Source of the DNA: Lingula anatina
Taxonomy: Eukaryota > Animalia > Brachiopoda
Direction: 5' to 3'
Length of the DNA: 64,000 nucleotides
Assembly (NCBI GenBank): GCA_051362555.1
Contig: CM120641.1
Coordinates: 15,190,001-15,254,000 of the forward strand
Shown here: positions 1-12,485 of the stretch, piece by piece
Layout: each line of letters begins with the position of its first letter
How positions within the stretch are numbered: the stretch's first letter is position 1
Made by a program: the position numbers and the translations under genes
Notes under the pieces: model-generated
Seen by the model: only the letters and a program-made list of their open reading frames with translations
The model's database searches: none
Told to the model about the DNA's origin: nothing

Positions 1-782
1 TGATGACACTTGGAGTAAATTTTCAGAGAAGCAAATAAGTTGGGCCAAGCAAATTTGTGTACATTGACATGCCCATCCAAAATATCACCGATATCAAGCT
101 GCAATACGTCACGATTGGCGCAGATACCTACAAAACCCTGCTTGATTCGTGTTAGGGGGTTTCCGCACGGAGCCCCTTATCGGTTTCGGCCTAATGAACC
201 GATTGTCTTCATGGAAATACCGTGATTCAATAACGAAAGTGGTGTCTTCCTTTTGCGTGTCCGTATTTGCATTCATGTTTTCCTTTTAAGAAATAGTGAG
301 ACAACATTCCTTTCAGCGTTAAGGAACTGTCCGTTATTCAGTTCAGACATACAAATAGGTTATGCGTCTTTGCAATTGAAATGAAATGAAATCATTTTGA
401 AGCTTGTGGGGAAAAATAAATTCAGATTCAACTTTTAAAAAATTGACCCTATGTTAAAAAGCTATTTTCCATGACGTCAACCAAAATCCATTTATTCTTT
501 GGAGCATCATCATCACTATTTCAAAGAGACAGTATGAATGAGTGAACACAATAAAAAAGCAACAAAAACTAAAGCTTTAGACGACGACAGCGGTCATGTA
601 TTCTATGTAAATACTTCAGTTTCTCTTTGGTATCGGCTCGTTTTGAAACAACATACTACAAATATTCATAATTTTCGTATCACTTCTCAGAAACGAAGTT
701 AAAAGAGTCGTATCACTATCTTATTTATCTTCATCCGATGTAGAGCACAGTTATCAATTAAAAAAAGGAGGTAACTTTGATA

Positions 783-1055
783 CAGGGCCGGATTCTCTTG
801 GTGACCTGAGCACTCACAACACCATGCCCCCCCCCCCCCCCTCCCATTACACAATATTTAAAAAGAATCCTGTTGCTATATACCCTCAAATATTCTTCTA
901 CTTTGCCTACCTTTGTTTTTTCTTCCCCTGTCATCCAAATATAATTTTCTTGATTTTTATTAAACATTTTCCCTTTTTATGTATAAATAGCCCCCTTAAT
1001 TAGTCGTGACACCCCAAACACGTGCTTAGTCTGCTTACACATAAATCCGGCCCTG
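783..1055. mobile_element. MITE-like element with 12-bp TIR
   Basis: CAGGGCCGGATT at 783 and AATCCGGCCCTG ending at 1055. Internal poly-C. No clear TSD. Confidence 0.55.
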
Positions 1056-1946
1056 AGCATAAAAAAGTATTATTGAAGACCAAGATATCGTGAATGGTTT
1101 AAACAAAAAAATGTACCAAAGCAAGCTCTTGAGTGATTTCCCATCGTATCCACCTGTCACCGTGCTAATGCGTCTCACTGGAATCTATTTGCCCGGAGCT
1201 GCATATAATTGTCGTAATTGCATTCTTGGAACAGACCCGATTGGAGACATAATGGCAATATATCTAATTTGCAATCAAGTGCAGTAAACGGCACGTTTTG
1301 GTGCACATTGGTTGTCAGTGTTACAAGTCTCAGCTATGCTGCTGATATAACAGCCTAGATCTCTTGTAGATTTTGTTCATGGCAATTAAATAAACCCAAA
1401 TTCCCAGGCCTAAGTTGCATCAAAATGAAGCTCCCGCTCTTTTGATATGGTTAATTCCAGGGACGTTCCCGTTTCTGAGTAGTGCTCCATTTAAAGTTTC
1501 CAGGAAATGTTCTTTGAATTGCAGCCTAGCAAACTAACATATTATCGACTTTTCTTGTGCAAATAACCAGTAAAATTATTGAAAAGTGAGCCGATTAAAT
1601 TCCTTCAAGATAACAACGTAGTTATTCCTGTTATTGTTTCATACAAAAAGACATAGTTTTACTATAATTCCGTAGCCTAAAGAATCCTGATTTTGAAATT
1701 AAACATACCTATTTTAACGTAAAAGATGAAGACATCTATCTCAAGCACAACCTAGCTTAATATCCGGCAATTTATTATATGCTGCTAATCAGTCATGGGT
1801 AATACACCATACATAGTACATCACACAGCGTACGCATCGACGAACAATCCTCTCATACTGGACTCGCACGAATAAATTATATGGAACGGTATATCATATA
1901 TTAGAAAGTCAACATACATGATTATGGATTCCTGTTGTGCCGTACG

Positions 1947-2849
1947 TTAATGCTTATGGGGATATTCCCCAAGGAATGCTTTTAGCCTTGTAGGTAATGG
2001 GAGGCAGTCTACAAAACCGTCTTCAAGTTTTGGCCTATTCATTGATCTATTAATTGTTAATCGACATAAATGCTGTAGACTTGGTACGGCACTAAATGCT
2101 GGTTTTACTAATTTCACAGGTACGTCTCTCCTCCCCGTGCTCTCTAGCCACACACAGTGATGTCTGTTGTCATTTTCACTTAATCTGATGTAGAATTCAA
2201 TTAACTTTACGACGCAGTTAAACCGGGGCATCTGATTCAACAATGCGTCCTCGCAGTCAAGACGGAATTTACCACGAATATACTCCACACGAACGCTCGT
2301 TGCTCCTCTTTTCGTCTTAACACTTAGTGCAAATAGATAATGTGGATCGCTGCTATTCCGTACCAGAAACGTCCCCACTTCGGAGTCTTTTAAGAATGAC
2401 TTTGCCTCCTGACGTGTCATATCTTCGTGGTACCAAAATGAGTTGTATAAAGCTTCTAGAGTCTTTGATATTCTCTCTAAATCTTTCTCTGTTTTCAGTT
2501 TGTCGGGTATTTTAAGACTTGTGCTCATGCTATCTCCATTATATGACTTTGGTGCTGGTTTCATGACCCCTTCACCCGTAGCTTTCATGTCCTTGTACGT
2601 CCGCGGGGGAGGCTTAGGTAGGGAGTCTGTATTGCGACTAGCACTTTCGTCAAAGCGTGGGCTCATACTCTGAGAATTAGACGCCGTGCATCGATCTTGA
2701 GTACTTAGTTTAGTCTTTCCTACATAATCGTTTTGTTGAAGTCTAATTAAAATATTATGTAATTCGGTCAATGCCACCGGACCTGCCGTTACAGGCATTT
2801 GGGTGCTCCAAAGCGCTGGGTTAGCTGATCGTTCAATCAGCAAAGACAT
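1947..2849 (-). CDS. SOCS2: Suppressor of cytokine signaling, SOCS2/CISH-like (single-exon CDS, 300 aa)
   Basis: SH2 domain (WYHEDMTRQEAKSFL...GTFLVRNSS...FALSVKT) followed by a C-terminal SOCS box (VPSLQHLCRLTINR...LPLPTRLKAFLGEYP). First ATG at 2849. AATAAA on the minus strand at 1771-1776. SOCS2 versus CISH orthology cannot be resolved by eye. Confidence 0.9.
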   Translation of the reverse strand: MSLLIERSANPALWSTQMPVTAGPVALTELHNILIRLQQNDYVGKTKLSTQDRCTASNSQSMSPRFDESASRNTDSLPKPPPRTYKDMKATGEGVMKPAPKSYNGDSMSTSLKIPDKLKTEKDLERISKTLEALYNSFWYHEDMTRQEAKSFLKDSEVGTFLVRNSSDPHYLFALSVKTKRGATSVRVEYIRGKFRLDCEDALLNQMPRFNCVVKLIEFYIRLSENDNRHHCVWLESTGRRDVPVKLVKPAFSAVPSLQHLCRLTINRSMNRPKLEDGFVDCLPLPTRLKAFLGEYPHKH

Positions 2850-2948
2850 CAACCCTGTCAGTCGTATATCTGTATGATACTGCTTCGTTTGACGGTTTAT
2901 CCCTCCTTTTCATGTATATCATCGATTCTAAGCTTCTAACTTGTTTGA

Positions 2949-3054
2949 TTTACTGGGAAATCAGCAGTCGAGTCTTCCAAGAAGGAAGTCAGCTTCAGGA
3001 ATCCCCATTTCCATAAATGGGTATGGTGACGTCACGCCAGTTCGGGGAATTCCC
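2949..3054. promoter_or_regulatory. SOCS promoter with STAT (GAS), NF-kB, CRE and CArG motifs
   Basis: TTCCAAGAA 2975-2983 and TTCGGGGAA 3041-3049 (TTC-N3-GAA). GGGAATTCCC 3045-3054 and near-consensus AGGAATCCCC 2997-3006 (kB). CCATAAATGG 3011-3020 (CArG). GTGACGTCAC 3026-3035 (CRE). CpG-rich, 100-200 bp upstream of the SOCS ATG. Confidence 0.7.
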
Positions 3055-3066
3055 TCGACTGCGGTA

Positions 3067-4132
3067 ATGGCAGCAAAGCCGTGCCGGACACGGTCACAGG
3101 TTGGTCACTTTCATTTAGATTGACATAGTGCAGACAGGTACTCCTTATTGAATCTGTATACTTAGTAGGTTATATTAGGGGTAGTTGAGGTCATATTAGG
3201 GGTAAATGAAGTTTGCGGTGAGCTTAGTTCATGGATGGATTTTAAATGGTTGAAACATGGTTCGGTCGCTGGTTTGAAGCAAAGCATGCCATAAGGTCAT
3301 TGACACTGCAGAAATGAAAACATTTAGATTTAAATTGTATCAAAAAGTGTATTAAATTTGCATTGTACATCCAGGATCCTCTCTAAAAATGCAGGAAAGT
3401 AGAGACTGGAAAGTGCAAAGTCGCAAAGAGGAAGCATATAGTATATCTCACTCGGGAATTTCCACTGTAATTGTTCTTATTTGGAAATGTATGATTAATG
3501 AAAAGGTGTTTCAGGAAATGTTTAAAATAGATATGGAAGGCTTGGTACTTCTATTTTTTTTATCTACTTGAAATTATTTGGAATTGAATTCCTGTGTAGT
3601 TCTATATGTGATGCTGCTCCCACCTAACATTTATTTATCAAAACTAAAATTTACTGTTGTTTATTTATTTATTTTAATATATTTATTATTGATTTCAAAT
3701 AATTTGGTATTCTTTTGTTGTTCTACTTTGATACTGCCCCCTCCAATATTATATTATAACTTAAATTTGCAGTTATTTTTATTTATTATTAAATGATTGA
3801 GAATCCTTATATACGGTATTTCAATACTTTAAAGTGTTTTAATTATATTCATCACTTATCTGCATGGTCAGTTTAGGGTGGAAAACTCTGAACTACTGAC
3901 CCTTCTTTTTAAGAACTTTTGTCATAGCAGCACCAAAAAGATGTTTTGAATGAATATACATATTTGGTTAGATCAGTTCTAAAATTAAAAATGTGAATAA
4001 AACTTTTTACCCCCTTAAGCCTTAGGATTAATGTGAAGTCTTAGGATTAATGTGTCATTTGCCTTTTTTGGTATATGGACAGAAAATATGAAGTAGAATT
4101 AGATCTGTATCTGTCAATAACAGAAAGTGCTG

Positions 4133-4174
<42 letters not shown>

Positions 4175-6150
4175 GTATATATCTTAATATTTTGTCTAAT
4201 TTACCTGTAACTTAATTATTATTCCCGTCTTATTCATTTCACATATGCCTTTGAACCTATCACCTTGATAAAATAAATTATACTGCATTTATCGTCTTGC
4301 CACTGTAGGAACTAGCAGTATGGTAGGCTGTATGAAGAGAAAAAAACATCTTGAATCAGTGTAATAGGTACCAATTCTGTTGTGATTTTCTTTGCTTAAC
4401 AGATTTTGTTCACTAAGGAAACATACTAATGAAATGAAACATGAAAATAATGTTTCTAAGCAGTAGCTTATAAGCATTAAAATGACTCACATTTCTTTGT
4501 ATCTTGTTACCACTCCCGTAACAAGTAAGAAGAGATTCTACTAGTTGAACATACATGTAGGTAATAGGCATTATATTGTAAACAACCATGTTTTGGACTG
4601 GGCTTGAGAGGGTTTAGTGTTAGGGGGAGTTTTTCGCACAATTGTATAAGGGTCTGAATCCATTACTTTCAAAGAGGGATTCTTCTATTTAAGTGAATCT
4701 TCTTATCCCTTTAGTCCAATCACTTATGGCATAGACCTTATTATATCAAAATGTGATTAAGACTAGACCCTTTCTGGCCAAAAGGGTGGTTCTTTCTAAC
4801 CCCTCCAGTCCCCCCCTGCACTGCCCTTGCCTACAGGTCTGGTGTAGGTTTTTACCATAATAAATAAGTATGCTGCATTCTGTATATTTAATTTTCTTAT
4901 GGAGTGTATATAAGTGAATTTGACGAAATCCAGTCTTTTATACATGTATATTAATATAATTATCCATCACTCACACGATATATAGCTAGAAAAGGGGCCC
5001 AAGGCTTAGCACTGTGAGAGTACTGGCTGCTACCCATATAAAAGAAAAGTCATACAGTTTTCAAATGTATCACTCCCACTGTGACTGAAGCAATTAAACT
5101 TAATGGATGGGTCATCCTGATAGACTGCTTGATTTACAATCACCCAAGAGATTTAAATACAATAAACCTGACAGTAGTCACTGCTTTTTTTTTTCTTCAT
5201 ACGAGAAGCTAGCTGGTGTTACATTGTACTAAAGTCCTCCATCCACCTCTCTCTGTTGTTGATTTAAATCGTGTGTGTGTGTGTGTGTGTGTGTGTGTAT
5301 TTTACAGAATCCAGTCTTTCATGCATGTATATGTGTATTCATCCATTTTTAGTTTTTTTCTATTTTATTCTGTAAAGCCATTTGTATGCAAGATTATGTT
5401 TGTACTTTTGAACTAAAATAAGTGCCCCTAGTATCATTCACATATATAAGGGATATCATTAAATATCCCAGATATAAATGGGCAGGTGTTCATTGTTGGA
5501 TTATTATCTTCATTTTCATGCTTATGAAGACGTATTTTTGTAGGCCATGCATCTGTGTTTATCATACTGTTTTATAGCTGAAGAAACAGTTGCAATAACA
5601 CAATATAAATCAGGGGCAGATTCTGAGATATTTTCTGACGGTCTTCTAAATTAACTTTGTTGATCCATCCTCCATTTATGACCGTCTTCCGACAGAAAAA
5701 ATAGATACCCGTCAATGTAAACTTGAAAATCTGACCGTCTTCTGGAAGACTCAGAAGATGGCCTAAATCCACCCCTGTAAATGACCCTGTGGATAAAGCT
5801 ACAGCTGTAATGTTGATGAGCTCTCTGCATTTACCTGATATATATATATTTTTTTTATTTCATTTTTACATTATAGTTTGTAGATTTAATTCACAATTGG
5901 GTAATTTGTAGCATGGCAGGCCTAAACATGTCTTTTTTCGGATCTATTCATAATCTCGTTTGGTATTTTACAAGCACTTGTGCCTCAATCAAAGTTTCAT
6001 TTTCAGTCAGACACACATCCTGAAGTTGAGGGGACACTGGAAACTTGTCCGATTGTCTTCTATCAGCATGCCAACCCTGTTTCCAGGCAGAAGAGAGAAG
6101 AGATTTTCCAGACTCCACAAACTCAAGGAGACACAGTTTGTGCAGAATAA
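3067..6150 (+). CDS. Candidate two-exon microprotein (58 aa) divergent from SOCS
   Basis: Exon 3067-3099 (gtaATGG Kozak context, donor CAG|gttggt) joined to exon 6007-6150 (acceptor tttcattttcag|). Gives MAAKPCRTRSQ-SDTHPEVEGTLETCPIVFYQHANPVSRQKREEIFQTPQTQGDTVCAE*. No homologue recognised. Confidence 0.35.
5611..5777. mobile_element. hAT-like MITE with 5-bp TSD (family A, copy 1)
   Basis: CAGGGGCAGAT...ATCCACCCCTG termini flanked by TAAAT on both sides. Homologous along its length to 45908-46074. Confidence 0.75.
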
Positions 6151-7331
6151 ATAATTAAATGGAATTTTGGAGAGGGATTAATCAAGAACAGCTTACCTTT
6201 GCCTCTGAGAATATGTTTACATGATTGTACATATGTCCTTGAAAGCAGTTTTCCTTTACATGCCATGTTTTTCCCAGATAGAGGAACTGCAGTCGTAATT
6301 TTTAAGCTACAGGGTTAAACTGAGGCAATATCTGTTACATTTCACAATTTTGACAGTTTTATTGTGATAAACATATAAGGACATGTTATACAGTATAAAC
6401 TCAGTCTTTTCAATAGGGAAAATCATCTTTTAGACAAATACTTTTGGAATCATAAAATGTTATATTTCTCTATACCACTTGTCGTGCTTTTAGTATAAGT
6501 ATAGAAATATGAGCTGGCTTGCCATTATATTTTGTTGCTCCACAGGAATTTTTAAAAAAATGTTCTAGTTTTAGGAATTTATGATTAATAAATACAGTCA
6601 AGTTTGCAATTTATTCTCATTGTTGACATTTATTTCTCAAAAAATTGTTACCAAGAGATTAACAATTTTCTGGAATATGTGCAATATTACTCCTTTACAG
6701 TTGAATAAAGGACTTCAATTTTTGGAATAGTAACAGCAGTGTGTTAGCAACTGGAGTGAATACTAGTATGTAGTTTTTGAGGCAGTAAACAATTCTCAAA
6801 GCCACATGCTAACTTCTCTCTTGGAAACATTGCAGTGGTTGCTTGATTTATTACCAAGTGTTCATATTAGTGTATGATTCTCAATTTGTCTCTCACTTTC
6901 ATTCTTTCTTTCTTAAATTTTAAAATGCTTTCTTGTCTTTGGTGTGATCTGATTATGGAGAACAAACCCACAGTCTCTTCAGATAACATATCCACTGTTT
7001 TTCACTATTGTGGAGTGGTTACTCATTACAGGCCTCATCTAGTTTTTAAAAAAAGTGATTTTAAAGCAAATTTAAATGAAGCATATTGGACTTAAGCACG
7101 TCAGGAAAAACTGTGTTTTTTATGTTCCAGCCCAATTAATTTTTCCATAGACTCATTTATGTTTTTTAAATTATAAGAATTTTTCAAACTTTCATTCTTC
7201 TGTTTTTTATCAGCAAAGAATTCGAAATAAGAAAATTGATTGTTATACACCACTAGTGCTTAAAAGACTAAAAGGAAATGTTTTATTCAGAAATTAGGAA
7301 TTGGCTAAACCCTATGCAGCACAGATGTTTC

Positions 7332-7490
7332 GGGGCCGTAGCAATAGTCCGAAGGTTCAATAGTCCGAAGGTTCATTGGTCCGAATATTCACTATAGAAC
7401 CTTCTGACCAATGAACCCCTTAATTAAAAAATCGATGAAAATGTTACCACTATTCGGACCAATGAACCTTCGAACTATCGAGACGCCCCC
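7332..7490. mobile_element. MITE with 8-bp TSD (family B, copy 1)
   Basis: Imperfect TIRs (GGGGCCGTAGCAATAGTCCGAAGGTTCA / TGAACCTTCGAACTATCGAGACGCCCCC) and internal CCGAAGGTTC sub-repeats. GATGTTTC duplicated at 7324-7331 and 7491-7498. Inverted homologue at 31729-31887. Confidence 0.8.
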
Positions 7491-10400
7491 GATGTTTCCT
7501 GATTTGATCCTCTTTTTGAAGTAGAAAATGTTTCATTAGGGGAAATACCAGGTCAGTAGTTTCAAAACATAAAATTGATGTTTCCATATTTAGGTAATTG
7601 TACCTCTGCTATTTAGTGTTAAATAAAATATGAAAAGATGTATGTTGCATGTATGTATTATAACACTTTCTATATTTTTTCAGTTGATTGTCAACTTTAT
7701 CTCATTCATTACTTGCAATCACTGTGTTTGAATGTTTTTACTCACAGTTATCCAAATACCATCTGTTGCCATAATATGTTTTAAATGGAATATTAAACAT
7801 ACAATACTCATCAGTGGTGAAACTGGGCTTCAACAGATAGAAAGATGGAGGTAATATCCATGAAACAAGGAAACGGCTAGTTGAAAACTTACTGGGCCTG
7901 TGTTCTGCTTTCACAGATTTTGCACGCCACTTTCACTTTGCTTTATTCTGCCATGTTCATTGAATCATTGTGTATTCTGGCTCAAGTGATTAAATGGGAG
8001 TCTGTTGTGTAAAATTGGTTTGCTTTAGAAAGGGCCGACTCAAGGTTATTTACCCTGTTAGCCAAAGTAAGGCTAAAAAACAACTTTTTTATTAATTTAT
8101 AAAATTTGTTATTTTAATAATTATCTCAATTTATAAAACTGGTTGTTGTAAGATATTGTTATTTATTAATAATCATGGTTGTTATTTGTCTTCAGAAAAA
8201 ATATGGTCATATATTAATATTCTACTCCTGATGTCACATCTGCAGTTTTGGGGTTAAAGTGCCTTTTTTGAATTCTTGATTTTCTCTATTACTTGGGCTC
8301 TTATCAGAAAAATTCCAATGGCAAATAGGAGCTGTGCATGAGTACTACAGAGGAGTGTGACCAATTTTTTAAAGCACTCTATTAACATTTTTTCATCTAT
8401 TAATTTTAATCTTCAATTTTCAAAGGACATTTGTAAACAAAGCCTTTGTTAATAAATAAATTTTGGCAATTTGGTATGTAGTGGTAACAGAGTTATCCTC
8501 TGACTGGATTGCTATCCATACCAAAGAAAATTGTTTGAGTTAATTGGTCCATGTACTTTAACAGGTAAAAAGAATGGCACCGTAGCACAATTACAGTCAT
8601 ACCCCTTACTGAAGTTGATCAGCATGGTCCCTTAGTATATGCAAGATATGATAGATTGATACATGAATAAGAAAATGAAAGAAAAAAATGCAAATTAGTT
8701 GATATAATGATATATTTCATGGAATATAGCCTTAAGCACACCTGAAATTTTTGGGGTCTGTTTTCTTCCAAGGCTTATTGCTGTTTAAGTTACCATCTAA
8801 ATTGATATATGACTCAGAGGAATGAACATTGCTATTTAATGGTTTCTTAATTGGTCTTTCTGATGTTAGTACATATCAAAATGTCTCCCACAGTATTACT
8901 GTAGTAGTTTAATTGTTCCGTCTTTGCCTTTCTTCATCATATCTTTAACTATCCTTTAACGAAATAACTTTTACATACCCTTTACCAAACTATTTTAATC
9001 AAAATCATGTATGTAAAAAAATAATAAATTAACTAAGAGAATGATTCAACAATCCTGAAACAGAATATTTTTAAATATTCTTAAAAGAAAATATTCTTAA
9101 AAGAATGGCTTAGAGGGACTTTCAATTTTGTATCATGTTTGGTCATTATTGTGACATACCAGGCTGCATCCGTCCTGGGTTAATGTCCATATAGCATGTT
9201 ACATCCTTTTTAATTATTTACAATTAATGTGCTAAGTTGCAATGTCATGCATTTGGCTAAAATGAAAATGCAATTTCTGACCTCACCCAAAGTTAATTAT
9301 TGTATGTAACAGGCTTATTAATAATTGCTTATTATCAGATCTCAAATTGCCGGATAAGATTATAGGATATGCCAAGTGTATAATCATGTGTTGCTGGTAC
9401 TGGTACATGCCAAGGATGGAGTAATACCCACACATGGGAAAATTGACAGTTTGACAGGTCATGACCGCTTGATATACCAGAAGACCTGCAAGGGTATTTA
9501 TATCGCAAGTCTTCTGGATTGGCAAGGTTTATATGAAAAATGCAATACTTACATAAAAAATAAATATATATACATATGAAGAAAAGAAAGGCATCATGTC
9601 TATTTGAGCTTAGTACAGACTAGTGCTCTATTTTGTTTCCTAAATCTTATTTATGTGTTATGTTATTGCAGCTAAAAAACAAGGGTGGATGTCACTTTGG
9701 CCTAGCATTCTTGGCCATTCTGAATTTTGTGCATATTTTAACTTTGTAAATTTTGCAATAATTTCTTTGCAAGTACACTGGATATAGGAATCGATGGCCA
9801 AATAAAAGATGATATAGGTGTATGAAGTCTGCAATGCAACCAAGTGCTGCTTAGCTTTGTGTTGAATAGAAATAGTTCATAATGTACTGAGCAAAGTAAA
9901 ACCTTCTGGTGAAGGAAATAAAAAAAATGAAGAAAAGAATTAATGCATGTTGTTATGCAACCACAGTCCTGTAATGCACTAGTATTGTTATCGCATGAAG
10001 CACATTAAACAGCAAACAGACATCAATAAAAGCTGCTTTAGTTTATTAAGAAGTTCTGATTAATTTTCCAAGTAATGTACTTTCCAGGAAATAACAGGCC
10101 AGCAATAGTTTATTGGGGCTCCTTTGGGTCTTTTGATCAATGGGTCATGCTACAAAAGCATGTACTGTTATGTCACTCTTCGATTATTGTATGGACTAGA
10201 ATAAAGTCTGGCTGACCAAAAGTTCAAACAGTTATCAGGTAAATTTCGAATATTTATGGACAGACTCCAATGAGTTCTTGTGTTTAACATATGCTAATGA
10301 TAATAAATGCTTCCACTGAGGTTAGAAATGCTGTAGATCAAATCAACAATGCATACCACAATAGAATATAAGTTTATGTAATTTTTTAAAAGTTTTATTG

Positions 10401-12381
10401 TCCTTTTGAAATCACGATATCATCATTTTAAATTTGGTTTTAAATAATTAACCTTATTATCTTCTGTTATGATATATGAATATGCTAACAGCAATTATAA
10501 GCCTCTCCAAGTTATCAATAAATTTTTAAACTTTACCAATGTCTGGTGCATGCACACTTCTTTTGTTAACAAAATTACAGGCAAATGGTAACACTATTTC
10601 ACTTCAGACCTTTGAAATTTATCCATAATTAAAAACCGAACGCTGAAAGAAAGATCAAGATAAAAAAATTGTGGCATGCAATTTTTTGCATTGCAACCTT
10701 ATCAGTAGATTAACAGGTAAAATGTATGGCTGATTTGTCATGCCATTTGATGAAAAGCTTATATACAGGTTGTCTCCAAACAATTGCACAGTCTAAAGAT
10801 TTTTTTTTATTTAAAGATTTAAGAAGCATTTGAAGTCAAAATTTTGCCATAAAACCTCACAAAATGCCACCACTTATTTACAGATACAATAATTTAAAGA
10901 AGTTCCAAAGACCATTGCTTCCTATTCCCCCCCCCCCTCCCCCCCAAAAAAAATGACATTTGAATGGGCATTTTCTGCCTTCTTTCTGTGCTGTTTAACC
11001 TTTGGTCCTTTTTAGCAACTCATTTGAACATCGTCCACATAGCAGTAATGTCCATACATTGCTACATCATTGGACTTTTACCATAGGGATGGATACATAG
11101 GTCAATTTACGACCAGAATTTTGAAGCTCTCTTGTGACTGATCAAGTGACTAATTTGGTTTTTGTCATAGCATGTAAACTTTACTTGAGTCATATAAGAA
11201 ACTTAAGTAGAAGTGGTTTATATGTGTTACAGAGAATCCAAGCTCACTTCAATTGAACTTAAACCAGTTCTTATCAATGTAAGCATGGGAGAATCTTAGC
11301 GTCTGGCTAGAAGTGTGCTGGTTTCACTGGTTTTCTATCAGTGAAATATTTCAATTTTTTATACTTGTAAGAATACATTATTGTGCATAGTTTTCTGTAG
11401 GCTACTCTTGTTTCTGTTTTCACCTCCCAAGTTGCTACCAAACAGGAAATCATTGAAGACTGTCTGCTAATCAGATGATAAAATTATTAGAGCTTGAAAT
11501 TATTGCAGGCATGTTTTCAGGAATATAAATAGAGATTTTCTGTTGGCATCTTTTTGATTAAAAAGTGTGTAGTCTTTGTTGCAATGAGTCATGAGGAAAA
11601 ATATTTGCTTTCACATATTTGATTCCTTTAATGCAAAGAGAAAAAAATGACGTTCTTTTCTATTTAGGGCATCTTTTGTACTTCCTAGAAGTGAATCATT
11701 ACTCATCATTACTAAATTAATTCCTAAAATGTGGCAATCGTAAAAGGAGATTTATATAATTAAACAAAACCCTGCTACATCAACTTAAAAAAAACTCTGA
11801 TGTCGTGACAGAAAACTACCTGAGACTGTTCAGCATGTTGATGCAGTTAACACATAGCCTGAAAAACATCAAATTCTTGGAAATGTGGATTTTTCTTTCA
11901 GCCACAAAAACCATCAGAGGCTAGATTACCATAATCACCTTAGATGAACAGCAATGTAGAAAAACAGAAAGCACTGCCTTAATGAAAAAAAGTGTAATTG
12001 TTGGCAGTTTTGATAATTATATTTTGGCACGACACAAATTGAGAGAAAAAGTGTGCTAATGCCAGTGTTGCCAACTTGGTGTATTTGCATGTATTCTGGC
12101 ATTATTTAGGACAGACCCCCTTTGTTTACAGGCAATTGTCAAGTAACTAGAAATGCACTTCAGATACAGTATCTCAATTCTGATTATCATTAATTAATTA
12201 ATTAATAACACCAAAACTAGTCCATTTGTGACCCATCTGAAAAATTCATCCAAATTTCTGTATAGTTTTTCTGCATAATGTTGCTAACAAACTTTTTTTA
12301 ATTAACTTATTAATAAACTGTAATTAATGGATCACCACAAAAATCTAAATGTTTGTTATTCCCGTGGACACAATTGTTCTA

Positions 12382-12485
12382 CGTAGATTGATCCAACTCT
12401 GCAGGGAATGCAATCAGATTTATTGAATGACACACCTCTTTCTGGTGTTGAGTAGAATACAGAAAAGCTGATAATTATACAAGTA
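12382..12485. repeat. Dispersed repeat fragment (also at about 25556-25673)
   Basis: Shared TAGATTGATCCAACTCTGCAG...GAATGCAATCAG...ACAGAAAAGCTG...AGTAC at both sites. Confidence 0.6.
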
